In this document: one piece after another, positions 12,051-22,205 of the stretch
Position numbering within the stretch: position 1 is the first letter of the stretch
How the letters are laid out: each line of letters starts with the position of its first letter
NCBI GenBank assembly: GCA_963764725.1
Contig: CAVXTM010000005.1
Span: 64,001 to 128,000, forward strand
DNA: 64,000 bases
Direction: 5' to 3'
Source of the DNA: an uncultured Gammaproteobacteria bacterium
Lineage (GTDB): Bacteria; Pseudomonadota; Gammaproteobacteria; JACCXJ01
Made by a program: the position numbers and the translations under genes
Notes under the pieces: generated by a model
Told to the model about the DNA's origin: nothing
Seen by the model: the letters and a program-made list of their open reading frames with translations, nothing else
The model's database searches: none

Positions 12051-14611
12051 ATGCCGGACACAGTTGGACCGGAAGAACATAAGCGAACCTCCCTGCAGGG
12101 AATAGCGTACAAGGCGAAGACCGACAAGGCCCATCGTTTTGGCAACCTCTCAGGGGAGCTGAACGAGGACTTGTTGAAAGAGGCCTGGCGCCGGCTTAAC
12201 AAGCAGGCGGCAGGAGGTGTAGACCGGGTCACGGCCCGGGACTACGAGCAGGAGCTCGATGCTAACATTAAGGGGTTGGTTGAGCGTCTGAAGGCCAAGC
12301 GTTATCACGCGCGGCTCATCAGGCGTCACTATATACCGAAGAGCGATGGCAGGCAGAGGCCGTTGGGCATACCTGTTGTCGAAGATAAGCTGCTTCAGGC
12401 TGCAGCGGCCATGCTATTGCAGGCGATATATGAACAAGACTTCTTGCCGGTAAGCTTTGGGTACCGCCCTGGGGTGGGAGCCAAAGAGGCGGTCGGGGCC
12501 TTGACGTTCAACCTGCAGTACGGTTGTTTTGGCTATATCGTAGAGGCTGATGTCAAAGGCTTTTTCGATAATCTCGATCACGACTGGCTCATCGGATGTT
12601 GCGCCTGCGGATCGGGATGAAGCGTTTATTGGCTTGATTCGCAAATGGCTCAAGGCGGGGGTAATGGAACCGGAAGGCGAGGTGATTCACCCGGTCACCG
12701 GCAGTCCTCAAGGCGGCGTGGTCTCACCGGTCTTAGCGAATGTGTATTTGCATTATGTGCTGGACCGGTGGTTTGAGCACGTGTCAAACCTCGGTGTCGT
12801 GGCAAGGCGATGCTCTGCCGCTACGCCGATGATTGGGTCTGCGCGTTTCAGTACCAGAAGAAGCCGAAGCTTTCCACCGGGTGCTACCGAAGCGGCTCGC
12901 CAAGTTCAACTTGGAGGTCGAGAAGACGCGGCTCCTTCGCTTTAGTCGCTTTCACCCGGGCCTAAGACGACGCTTTGCGTTTCTGGGCTTTGAGTTCTAC
13001 TGGGACATCGATCGCCAGGGAGAGCGTCAACTGAAGAACCGCACGGACCGGAAGAAGCTCCGGGCCTCGCTGCGCTCCTTCACGGAGTGGGTGAAGCGGC
13101 ATCGCCATTATTCCCTCAAGCGGCTCTTCGGGGAGATCTGTAGCAAGTTGCGAGGTTACTTCAATTATTATGGCGTCGCCGGCAATTCCCGTTCGGTGAA
13201 AACGTTCTTCGATGAGACCATGCGGATCCTGTTCAAATGGCTGAATCGACGGAGCCGCAAGCACCGGATGAATGGGTGGCGCTTCTACCGGCTAGTACTT
13301 CGTCACATAAATATGCTTACACATCATGCCAACTCCAAGTCGAAGCGCTTCCACCGGAAGGCGACGGGCTGCTCGTTCATTTCGGCGATCCCCTTGAGGA
13401 TTCGTTGTTTCAGTTCGTCTCTGGACGAAACCCGAATATGCCGTAGAAAACTGCGCGCCATTTTGGAGAAAGCGCACTCGACTAAGTTGAGCCAGGAACC
13501 GTGTTTGGGCGTATGAACGTACTCGAAGCGACCGGGACGCGTGGCCAAGTAGGCCATGGTCTCTTGCGGATATGGGCGGAATGGTGTCGAACCCCATGCG
13601 GTCGTCGGCTCGGGGTAGTGGGCATCTAGGCGCCTCTCGGCGCGATGAACTCCCGGCTACGGTGACGAGGCTCGACGTCGTCGATGGTTTCACCGTTGTG
13701 CGGTCCAGAGCGACCGGATGGACGCGTGCCGTGACGCACGTACTCGTGGTCGCGCCCGATCGCGGAGTGCTGGCCCGGCACGGGCGGCAGATGGGAGCCG
13801 TCACCCCGAGGGCTTGCACGCCCGGCTTTTCGTCCACACTCACCGAATAGACCGGCGCAGCGGTCTTCGCGCTCACCGGCGTGGGCGCATGCGCGTGCAG
13901 GCTCAGCTCGCGATACACCATCAGCACCTCATGCATCTGCCGCTCAAAGTCCGCATCACGCCGTTCCAGGTAGTACCGAATCCGGTGCGGCTTGATGTCT
14001 CGCTCATTGAGAATGCGCCACACCGTGGTCTTGTTGGTGTCCCGCAGGCGCGGGAATCCCGACTCCAAGGCTCGGTTGCCCACGAACTTCGCCAGTTCGG
14101 ACAAGGTCCACAATTCCGCAGCCAAGCCATGATCCTTGGGCTTGGTGCAGGCCAAGCTTACCACCCAGGCCTTGGCCTCCGGCGTGATCTCAGCGTCCTT
14201 GGGCCGGTGAAACCGATCCTTAAGTCCGACCAGCACACCGGCCGCAACTGCCTTGTCTATGCATTTGTAAATCGTCGGTCGAGACACACCCACATCGCGT
14301 CGGATGTCTGTAATCGATGCCCCATCAGCGTATTTCAGCAACACCTTGGCGCGCTCGGCTTCACGAACTGGCGCCGTCCGAGAGCGAGCCAATTCCGCAA
14401 GCATCGACCGGTGCGTAGCGGTCAGCGTCAACGGCGCACGCTTGGTTTTTCCTGTCATGTCCGACTCCCGAGAGGACTCGGGAGGACATCATGACACCAG
14501 CAGACATATGCGTAAAGATATTACAGTAACGATGTACTAGTGGATCTCTTTCACGTGCCGGTGCCCCGCATCACAGAGCTTAATCGACGACCGAATCCCG
14601 TGTTAGCATGA
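12051..14611 (+). pseudogene. ltrA: Group II intron reverse transcriptase/maturase without endonuclease domain; frameshifted and split by IS630
   Basis: [66 protein letters not shown]. Removing IS630 restores the C-terminus FYRLVDLFHVPVPRITE...VLA*. Confidence 0.9.
13292..14540 (-). mobile_element. IS630-family IS, transposase 13324-14458 frameshifted
   Basis: IRs TAGTACTTCGTCAC..AATAT / TAGTACATCGTTAC..AATAT with CTAG at both ends; HTH region, SVDEKPGVQA, HTPKHGSWLNLVECAFS. Confidence 0.9.
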
Positions 14612-14746
14612 TGAGGTCTTCGCTGACTGCGGAAGCGAGTATCACCGAGGAGCCCGGTGCGGTAGTTCCGCACGCCGGGATCTGTGCCGGGGCGGTCGGG
14701 TAACCGGCCGCTCTACGGCGGAGGCCGTAAGAACAGGAGCAAGAAT

Positions 14747-15646
14747 CTGAGAGTTCCATGGAACACAAATCGCTGTATCCTTTGCCTCCACGAAAACGAC
14801 TTGTGCGAGGAGCATCTGATTCCAGAGGCGCTCGGCGGAAAACTCACATGCGACTTTCTTTGCCGTACATGCAATTCGAAGCTAGGACACAACTTAGAGG
14901 CTAAAGCAAAGGCCGACCCGTCTGTCCTCATCGCCGCAAAACATCTCGCATCGCGGGTTCCAGAATTGGCAGCATCATTGCTGGAAAGCCACCCGCATAT
15001 CGGTCACAGCGAGCCGGGACCTGCCAAAGGATATATAAAGAACGGTGAGTTCATCGTCCGTTCGCAAAAGCTGGATGATGGGAGCCTTATCCAACCAACG
15101 GACCGTGCAAGAAACTCCATATCTAGGATATTGCAGAAATCTGGTTACGGAGAGGCGCCAATCAGTCTTGCAATGCAAGCATATGACGACGCTCCAGAGG
15201 ACACAAAATTAGAAATTGCTCCTGGTCTTGAGATCGTTAAGTGGCGTATTCAACGGTTGGAGTTGGATCTAAGCTGTGCTGTGCTGATGGACCCTCTTAT
15301 ACCTGCAAAAACGGCATACGAGTTCCTTGCTTGCCATATTGGTTCTGCCATCTATGACAGCGCCCCGCAACTGTCTGAAGTTCGAAATTGTTTAATAAGC
15401 GGCTTATTGAATACTGACCTGATACTGGTAGAGAGACTCTCTTCAAATAAGTACGAACCGTTTCATGGTATTTGCTTTGAAGGAAATGATCCCTACGCAA
15501 AGGTCGAAGTCAGGCTGTTTGGTTGGTTAGCATTCAGAGTTCATTTCCGTCGCCTATCGATTCAGGGACCAAGATTTATTTACACTCATCGGCTGGATAC
15601 CAAGGAAGAAGATGTTCGGGTTATTGATGAAGCAAAGACGGCCTAA
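14747..15646 (+). CDS. HNH endonuclease-domain protein (integron cassette)
   Basis: CILC...EEHLIPEALGG...LCRTCN. Lies between restored GTTAGGC and the complementary GCCTAAC that contains its stop. AGGAG RBS precedes a CTG codon. Confidence 0.8.
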   Translation: MRVPWNTNRCILCLHENDLCEEHLIPEALGGKLTCDFLCRTCNSKLGHNLEAKAKADPSVLIAAKHLASRVPELAASLLESHPHIGHSEPGPAKGYIKNGEFIVRSQKLDDGSLIQPTDRARNSISRILQKSGYGEAPISLAMQAYDDAPEDTKLEIAPGLEIVKWRIQRLELDLSCAVLMDPLIPAKTAYEFLACHIGSAIYDSAPQLSEVRNCLISGLLNTDLILVERLSSNKYEPFHGICFEGNDPYAKVEVRLFGWLAFRVHFRRLSIQGPRFIYTHRLDTKEEDVRVIDEAKTA

Positions 15647-15727
15647 CAACGCCATCAACACGGACCGCGAAAAGCGGCGCTCCTTCGTCGCCCCGCTTTT
15701 CGCGGCCGGTTATGGCGAGCGTTATGC
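15641..15727 (+). other. attC site (87 bp)
   Basis: R'' GCCTAAC, L'' CATCAACA, stem CCGCGAAAAGCGG/CCGCTTTTCGCGG, L' GTTATGG, R' GTTATGC. Confidence 0.9.
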
Positions 15728-15734
15728 CTAACCG

Positions 15735-16412
15735 ATGCTCAAGGTAATCCCGGAATACAGAGGACGGTCTGCCGACGTTATCGTCTCGGAAAACATTTGC
15801 AATGAATCATCCGGGTATATATATCGTGCGCTGTCATGGCTGGACTTGGCCAAGAGGAAAAGGAGTAGTCCCGCATTTCAGTACGCAGCGCACGATACAA
15901 GACAAGGTATTGAGCAGCTTCTATTCGAGGAGCTTGTCCTAAGTACAGGAGCAGCTTTGTCGCGAGACGAGTACCAGAAGTGCCTCGGCAACAGCACGAA
16001 GCTGCACGCCATTATCAAGCGGCTTTCCCCGGAGCGTGAGAAGCTCGCGCGCTTCACCCAAGCAATTATGTCAGTTGCGAGCGCTCCAATTGACCTTGTG
16101 ATTTGGGACCACGGGCTGCTTATGAAGCACTGGGGAACGGTTTCAGACTATCTCCATTGGTCAGGGGCCATCGATGAGACGATTGACTCCTGGCCTTGGG
16201 TGGAGGAAGGCATCAGCAAGACCGAACAAGCCTGCTCGTACATTTGGAGAAACCAGACCGAGCGGGACACGGCGGTGAGCTCGAAGGACATGCATCCCGA
16301 GATGCCTCGCTTTGGGAGCGCTTCCAGACAGGGAGCATTGGTGTTGAGGAGGTCAAATCTGGTCGAGGATTCTGGAGCCAATACTCGAATGCGACCCCGG
16401 GATAACCAGTAA
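15735..16412 (+). CDS. Hypothetical cassette protein, 3' end probably frameshifted or truncated
   Basis: ATG 8 nt after attC R'; no recognisable family; no closing attC seen. Confidence 0.6.
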   Translation: MLKVIPEYRGRSADVIVSENICNESSGYIYRALSWLDLAKRKRSSPAFQYAAHDTRQGIEQLLFEELVLSTGAALSRDEYQKCLGNSTKLHAIIKRLSPEREKLARFTQAIMSVASAPIDLVIWDHGLLMKHWGTVSDYLHWSGAIDETIDSWPWVEEGISKTEQACSYIWRNQTERDTAVSSKDMHPEMPRFGSASRQGALVLRRSNLVEDSGANTRMRPRDNQ

Positions 16413-16589
16413 GGATGTGAGACGACCATGGATGGTCGTTTCAGTTCAATGTTCAAGGGGCGCGGTTTGGGTGGGTTCTTATTAAGGGGATTGCTTCGTG
16501 AAGGGTGGGTGATGTGGTGGCTATGGGCATCGGGAGCCGGAGATGGTGAAGGCTTATAGTTGCTGTAAATAAGGAGTGGGATGCATCCT

Positions 16590-17272
16590 AGGGTTTAAAC
16601 GTGTGACGGCGTTTAAAGTCAACCCTAAAAATCAGGAGGCATCCCGATGAGAAGAGTAACGGCGAGTGAAGCGACACGCAAACGGATCGCAGAGATGCTA
16701 AGGAGGTTGAAGGGATCGATGAAGTGAGCTGGTAGCCAGGCGGCCCGATTGGTCAGTGAGGAGGCGCTGGAGGCGCAGGTCGCGGGTGGGCGGGGTTACG
16801 AATAGTGCTCTCCGCTGGTCAGCGTAACGGCTATCGTTGCGGGAAGCTGGCAGGTGCAGAAGGTCGGATTGAATCCGCAATCGCGAGGTGCGTGGTTTGC
16901 CGGGCTGGCAATCGGAGTGAGAGCCGCGCTCTGTGGCAAGACCGAGGAGCTGGAGCGCTTAGCCATCGAGATGTACGCCCGGGGATTATCGATGCGCGAT
17001 GTTGAGGCGGCTTTTACGGACAACCAGGGGCGCTTGTGCCCAGCCGCAGTGCGGCGAGCCGCGTGGCCGAGCAGCTGTGGGTCAACTACCAGGCCTTTGC
17101 GACCCGTAGCCTCGCTGAGATTCCGATGGTGTACCTGTTTGTAGACGGCGTGGCCGAGCGGCTCCATCTTGGGCAGCCGCGAGAAGCGATCCTAGCCGCC
17201 TGGGGCATGGCCGAGGATGGGACCAAGCATCTGCTGGGGCTATTTCCCGGCACCAAAGAAGATACCGCCTCA
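16590..17272 (+). pseudogene. IS256-family transposase remnant (5' half)
   Basis: EELERLAIEMYARGLSMRDVE and YLFVDGVAERL...AILAAWG in broken frames; ends at a REPIN. Confidence 0.75.
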
Positions 17273-17276
17273 GGCC

Positions 17277-17353
17277 GTAGGGCGGATGCCCGTCAGGGCG
17301 ATCCGCCGCATGGCAAATCTTTCGGCGGAACCACCTTCGGCGTTCCGCCCTAC
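17277..17353. repeat. REPIN copy 1 (inverted GTAG-REP pair)
   Basis: GTAGGGCGGATGCCCGTCAGGGCGATCCGCCG...CGGCGGAACCACCTTCGGCGTTCCGCCCTAC. Confidence 0.85.
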
Positions 17354-17549
17354 GAGATCTCCGGTTAGGGCGTCTGCCGGGAGCCTAAGAGTTCCAGGAT
17401 CTCTCCCGGCGAGCGTAGCATCACCGGTGCACCCTTGAAGTCCTTCGCGTTCCGCGTCACCGGGTAGTCGACCCCGACCTGAAGGCCGGCGGCGGCCTGG
17501 ACACCGTCTTCGTAATCCCGAAGACCGAGGCCAAGAGGTCCGTAGGTCC

Positions 17550-17627
17550 GTAGGGCGGATGCCCGTCAGGGCGATCCGCCGCATGGCAAAATCTTTCGGC
17601 GGAACCATCTTCGGCGTTCCGCCCTAC
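17550..17627. repeat. REPIN copy 2
   Basis: Near-identical direct repeat of 17277-17353, including the trailing GAGATCT. Confidence 0.85.
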
Positions 17628-17647
17628 GAGATCTGCAGACGGTTGGG

Positions 17648-18460
17648 TCACTTGGGCAGCGCGCTTACGAGGCGCTTGGCCATGCGTGACAGACTTTCGA
17701 CCTGGCATTCCAACGGTGACTTTTGCTCTGGGTGGCCGTGCGGGTAGCAGCGGCCCGTGTGCATCGGACGATAGTTCGGAAAGCTCGCCCAGAATTTTGC
17801 CAGCGGCCCGCGTACCGCGGTACCCGACCGCTGCTCAATCGCGCGTAGGAAAGCGGCGCGCGTCGCCTTAATGAGCGCGATCGCCTGCTCGCGGTCAGGC
17901 ACGTGCCGGACGTTGCCGAACTCCTGCACCGGCGAGATGTTGAAGTCAAAGCCGAGCACACGATCTAAGGAATTGTTGAGCATGTCGATCAACGGTTGGC
18001 GCTTCAACACCACAGGCCGCCGTGGCTTTTTAGCGTCCTTCACACGAGACGGCCATCCCAGGATCTCGTCGATCTGCCGCACGGCCTCCGGTTTCGGAGT
18101 TCCTGCTCCCTGCTGTGCCACGATTTGGATAAAGAGTTCGAAGTAGAGCTCAACCGCCTTCGAAACGGCTGCCCGGCTCTCGTCGGGATCCGATTCGCCT
18201 CCCGGCTGGGGTGACTGCCACTCCTCGCACAGCCCATCCAGCTTGCCTACGTTTAAGCACATGGGCGTGCCGACGTTGCAGCCCGAGAACTCAGGGCAGT
18301 CGACGTCGTAGTAGCAATCGCAGTCCTGATCGCCGAACTCTTCGTCGTCGGGCTCACTTTGGCCCTCGGCTGACTCGGTTTGGAGAATCAATTGCCCATG
18401 GGTCGGGGCGATCGCTGCGCCGTACAGCATCATTAATACCAAAAGCATTCTTAAGCGCAT
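17648..18460 (-). CDS. Secreted hypothetical protein with an acidic Cys-rich N-terminal module
   Basis: Signal peptide MRLRMLLVLMMLYGAAIA; DQDCDCYYDVDCPEFSGC...C...C; C-terminal HTGRCYPHGH. Confidence 0.6.
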   Translation of the reverse strand: MRLRMLLVLMMLYGAAIAPTHGQLILQTESAEGQSEPDDEEFGDQDCDCYYDVDCPEFSGCNVGTPMCLNVGKLDGLCEEWQSPQPGGESDPDESRAAVSKAVELYFELFIQIVAQQGAGTPKPEAVRQIDEILGWPSRVKDAKKPRRPVVLKRQPLIDMLNNSLDRVLGFDFNISPVQEFGNVRHVPDREQAIALIKATRAAFLRAIEQRSGTAVRGPLAKFWASFPNYRPMHTGRCYPHGHPEQKSPLECQVESLSRMAKRLVSALPK

Positions 18461-18671
18461 AGGTTTTCTCCTCAAACACGCCTCGAAAAAAGAAAGTGGC
18501 CAGAAGCCGAAGCCGGCGACGCAACAAAACCAAGGGAGAAAGCGACAAGGAGAATAATGAACAGTCCACGAACGAACATATCGCCTCCCCTTTTGCTCAA
18601 CATACGAAAAATTAGAGTAGCCGATACCAACCGCCTCTGGCAACTCGCCGAGGAGGCCTTCATCAGTGCGG

Positions 18672-19060
18672 CTAATCGGCAACCCGAGTTACGGAGGTAA
18701 TCGACGTTGAAATCCTCCTGATCTCGTAGTAAGTGCTCCAAAATTGACGTTGCGATAAGCCCCGTTCTCGTCGTTGCTCTCGGCTTTGAGAGCTTCGTTC
18801 GGCTTTCTCGATGGCACGAGAAAAGCGTTCTTTCAGTATATTCCAGTGGATGGAAAAATCTGTGTCACCGGGAGGCAAGGTCCAAATACAATGGAGATGA
18901 TCCGGCAAGGCCACCACCGCTTCCAAACGAAATGGACGCCTTTCCGTGACGTACCGGAAAGACCGGCGCAACGCATCGATCTGATCGACCAGCAAACGGT
19001 TACCCTTCCTTCGTCGAGATTGACAAGAAAGACGGTATCTACGCGGGCTGGCGCCTTTGA
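18672..19060 (-). pseudogene. RAYT (REP-associated tyrosine transposase), degraded
   Basis: LRRSFRYVTERRPFRLEAVVALPDHLHCIWTLPPGDTDFS (HuH motif), RERGLSQRQFW; ends broken. Confidence 0.85.
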
Positions 19061-19162
19061 CCGGCCTTTTACCCCGTGCCCCTCAGCGTGGCGTTAGACG
19101 GTGGAGACCATGAGAGATATATTGACCAGCAAGACCATTTTATTGCTTCTTTCAGGTGTTAC

Positions 19163-19378
19163 ATGCGAAACGAATTTACTGCGATAATTGAGCGAGACGG
19201 CGAGTGGTTTATCGCCTATTGCCCCGAGATCCCTGGCGCTAACGGTCAGGGCCGAACGAAGGAAGAGGCCCGAGGGAGTTTGACCGAAGCAATCGCCCTT
19301 ATTCTTGAAGATCGCCGAGAGGATTGCTTACGCGGGGTACCGCCGGAGGCTGAGCGAGAAACCGTCATGTTATCGTGA
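19163..19378 (+). CDS. hicB: HicB-family antitoxin (short form)
   Basis: FTAIIERDGEWFIAYCPEIPGANGQGRTKEEA. Confidence 0.88.
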   Translation: MRNEFTAIIERDGEWFIAYCPEIPGANGQGRTKEEARGSLTEAIALILEDRREDCLRGVPPEAERETVMLS

Positions 19379-19445
19379 AGCGAAGCGCCCTGCTTCTGCA
19401 TTTGCGGCAGTATGGTTGTTATGTCAAGCGCAACGGTCGATCCTC
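19375..19445 (+). pseudogene. hicA: Truncated HicA toxin
   Basis: GTGA overlap with hicB; MKRSALLLHLRQYGCYVKRNGRS diverges just where the catalytic GxSH His is expected. Confidence 0.6.
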
Positions 19446-19472
19446 AACCAAGGGCGTGGTACTAGACCCTAT

Positions 19473-21950
19473 TCACTGCCCCAACTTGACCCACTGCAAT
19501 CGCAATGCATTGGCGATCACCGATACCGAGCTGAGGCTCATCGCCGCCGCCGCGATCATCGGCGAGAGCAGCAGCCCAAACGTGGGATAGAGCACGCCCG
19601 CCGCGATCGGCACGCCGAGCGCGTTGTACACAAATGCGAAGAATAGATTCTGGCGGATATTGCGCATCGTGGCTCGGCTTAAACGCAGCGCGCGCACGAT
19701 GCCGCGCAGATCGCCCTTAACTAAGGTCACGCCGGCGCTTTCCATTGCCACGTCCGTTCCGGTTCCCATGGCGATCCCGACATGCGCCTGGGCGAGGGCT
19801 GGTGCGTCGTTGATGCCGTCGCCCGCCATGGCGACCTTGTGGCCTTGATCCTGGAGTTTCTTGATTACCGTGAGCTTCTGATCCGGCAGCACCTCGGCCT
19901 CGACGCGATCGATTCCAAGTTTCCCGGCCACGACGCGGGCCGTCGTCTCGTGATCACCCGTGAGCATCACTACACTCAGTCCTTGCTTATGCAAGGCGGC
20001 AATGGCCTCGGGCGTCGTCTCCTTGATCGGATCGGCTACACCGAACAATCCGGCTGGCTTTCGGTCCAGGGCCACGAACATCACGGTCTGCCCGTCGCCC
20101 CTCAGGGCCTGGGCGCGATCTTCAAGCGCGGCGGGATCGATGCCTAGGCTCTCGAACAACTCGCGATTTCCGACCGCCACCTGCCGTCCGGCTACTGTTC
20201 CTATCACGCCCTGACCGGTCTTAGATTCGAAGTCCGAAGCGGAGGGTATCGACAGGCCGCGTTCCTCGGCCCCGCGCACGATCGCCGCAGCCAGCGGATG
20301 CTCGCTCGCCCGCTCGAGGCCCGTCGCCAAGCGCAAGACCTCGTCCTCGGAATGCCCGGCTAGCGCGTACACCGAAACGAGCTTTGGCCGCCCTTCGGTC
20401 AAAGTGCCGGTCTTGTCGACGACCAGGGTATCGATGCCCTCGAGGACCTCCAAGGCTTCCGCGTTCTTGATGAGCACACCCGCCGTCGCCCCACGGCCGG
20501 TCCCTACCATGATCGACATCGGCGTCGCCAAACCGAGAGCGCAAGGGCAGGCGATGATAAGGACGGCGACCGCATTGACAATCGCATGGGCAAGCCGCGG
20601 CTCGGGGCCTATGGCTCCCCAGGCCACGAAGGTCAGCACCGAGACCAGCACGACTACCGGAACGAAATACCCCGACACGGCATCGGCCAGGCGCTGGATC
20701 GGTGCGCGACTGCGTTGCGCCTCGCTCACCATGCGTACGATCTGGGCCAAGAGCGTATCGCTGCCCACCCGTTCGGCCCGCATCACGAGGCTTCCTGTGC
20801 CATTCACGGTCGCCCCGATCAAGCGATCGCCGACAGTCTTCTGCACCGGAACCGGCTCGCCGGTAACCATGGACTCGTCAATCGCGCTTGTCCCCTCCAG
20901 TACCACGCCATCGACCGGCACTTTCTCGCCCGGCCGTATGCGAAGACGGTCGCCGATCTTGACGCGTTCCAGGGAGATGTCCTCCTCGGCGCCGTCCTCC
21001 CGGAGTAAGCGTGCGGTTTTCGGCGCGAGCGAGATCAACCCGCGAATAGCTGCACCGGTACGGCTGCGTGCCTTGAGTTCGATCACTTGACCGAGCAACA
21101 CCAGGACCGTGATCACGGCGGCCGCTTCAAAATAGACCGGCACGTTGCCGTGAGCATCGCGTAACGAAGCCGGGAAGAGGCCGGGACTAAGCGTGGCCAC
21201 GGTGCTGTAGATCCAAGCAACGCCGACGCCCAGCGCAATCAGCGTAAACATGTTAAGACGCCGGTGAACTAGCGATTGCCATCCGCGTTGAAAGAATGGC
21301 CATCCTGCCCACATCACGACGGGCGTCGCTAACGCCAGCTCCAGCCACTGAATCCAACGCATCAGCGACGCGTCCGGGACGCCAGCCACATCACTGAGCA
21401 TGGCGATCACGAAGACCGGCACGGCCAAGACGAGGCCTACTCGGAAGCGCCGAGTCATGTCCGCGAGCTCGGGATTGTCCTCTTCGATGACGACAGCGCG
21501 TGGTTCCAAAGCCATGCCGCAGATGGGACAGGTCCCCGGCTCGCTGCGCAGCACCTCGGGATGCATCGGGCAGGTATATTCCGTGCGCGTCTCGATTCCG
21601 GACACGCTCATCGGCTCGAGGGCCATCCCGCAGTCGGGACAGCTTCCCGGCCCCGGTTGCTGAATCTCGGGATGCATAGGGCAGGTGTAAGCGCTTGGCG
21701 CGGTGATGGGTTGCGCCGGTCTCGGGGGCAGCGTTTCGGACGTTCCGGACGCAGCTTGCAGATAGCGCTCGGGGGCCGCCTGAAATGCAGCTAAGCACCC
21801 GCCAGAACAGAAAAGATAGGTTTTGCCTTGGTAGCTCAGCCGATGTTGACCGTCCGGGCGCACCGTCATCCCGCAGACGGGATCGGTGGTCATCGGCGTA
21901 GCATCCGCGGCGTGCGTGGAGCGTGGGTGTTGGGAGTCGACATGGCTCAT
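19473..21950 (-). CDS. copA: Cu(I)/Ag(I)-translocating P1B-type ATPase with YHS and two heavy-metal-binding repeats
   Basis: DPVCGM, YTCPMHP twice, TGEP, CPC, DKTGT, GDGIND, YN and MxxSS transmembrane signatures. Confidence 0.95.
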   Translation of the reverse strand: MSHVDSQHPRSTHAADATPMTTDPVCGMTVRPDGQHRLSYQGKTYLFCSGGCLAAFQAAPERYLQAASGTSETLPPRPAQPITAPSAYTCPMHPEIQQPGPGSCPDCGMALEPMSVSGIETRTEYTCPMHPEVLRSEPGTCPICGMALEPRAVVIEEDNPELADMTRRFRVGLVLAVPVFVIAMLSDVAGVPDASLMRWIQWLELALATPVVMWAGWPFFQRGWQSLVHRRLNMFTLIALGVGVAWIYSTVATLSPGLFPASLRDAHGNVPVYFEAAAVITVLVLLGQVIELKARSRTGAAIRGLISLAPKTARLLREDGAEEDISLERVKIGDRLRIRPGEKVPVDGVVLEGTSAIDESMVTGEPVPVQKTVGDRLIGATVNGTGSLVMRAERVGSDTLLAQIVRMVSEAQRSRAPIQRLADAVSGYFVPVVVLVSVLTFVAWGAIGPEPRLAHAIVNAVAVLIIACPCALGLATPMSIMVGTGRGATAGVLIKNAEALEVLEGIDTLVVDKTGTLTEGRPKLVSVYALAGHSEDEVLRLATGLERASEHPLAAAIVRGAEERGLSIPSASDFESKTGQGVIGTVAGRQVAVGNRELFESLGIDPAALEDRAQALRGDGQTVMFVALDRKPAGLFGVADPIKETTPEAIAALHKQGLSVVMLTGDHETTARVVAGKLGIDRVEAEVLPDQKLTVIKKLQDQGHKVAMAGDGINDAPALAQAHVGIAMGTGTDVAMESAGVTLVKGDLRGIVRALRLSRATMRNIRQNLFFAFVYNALGVPIAAGVLYPTFGLLLSPMIAAAAMSLSSVSVIANALRLQWVKLGQ

Positions 21951-22205
21951 GAGTTTGGCGGAGGGAATTTGCCTATGCGATTAGTATATACTTTTCCAAT
22001 GCTCCTCCCGTTCTCCGTACGTGCGGTCAGCAGCAGGAAGGTTAATCTCGGTTGACGCGGTACGGCTCCCGCCGTGGATAGGTTTCCTACCGGTTCCCCT
22101 CGATTAATTCATAATGGCCTAAGAGACCATGAAGTTTTGGACCGAGGCCACTTCACTTGCGAAGCTCCGCCTCATAGCGGTGTAGAGAATAGTGTTATCT
22201 CCCGG

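Larger units (their letters stand above)
11432..14721 (+). mobile_element. Group II intron (IIB-like, not class C) with RT/maturase ORF, interrupted by IS630
   Basis: 5' domain I elements (CAGGGTGAAAGTCCCTG, GAAGCGTACACAG); D5 GAGCCCGGTGCGGTAGTTCCGCACGCCGGGATC at about 14650; D6 ending CTCTACGGCGG. Boundaries uncertain by 1 nt. Confidence 0.9.

Noticed and set aside
12051-13300. RT as retron, DGR or Abi-type defence RT
   Set aside because: Maturase domain plus D1, D5 and D6 RNA and reconstitutable exons identify a group II intron; no template/variable repeat pair or msr-msd seen.
16409-16590. IS66-like left end starting GTAAGG
   Set aside because: No partner IR or accessory ORFs; too little to call.
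17277-17635. Direct repeats as a CRISPR array
   Set aside because: Only two 77-78 bp palindromic GTAG units about 195 bp apart, no cas genes, RAYT nearby: these are REPINs.
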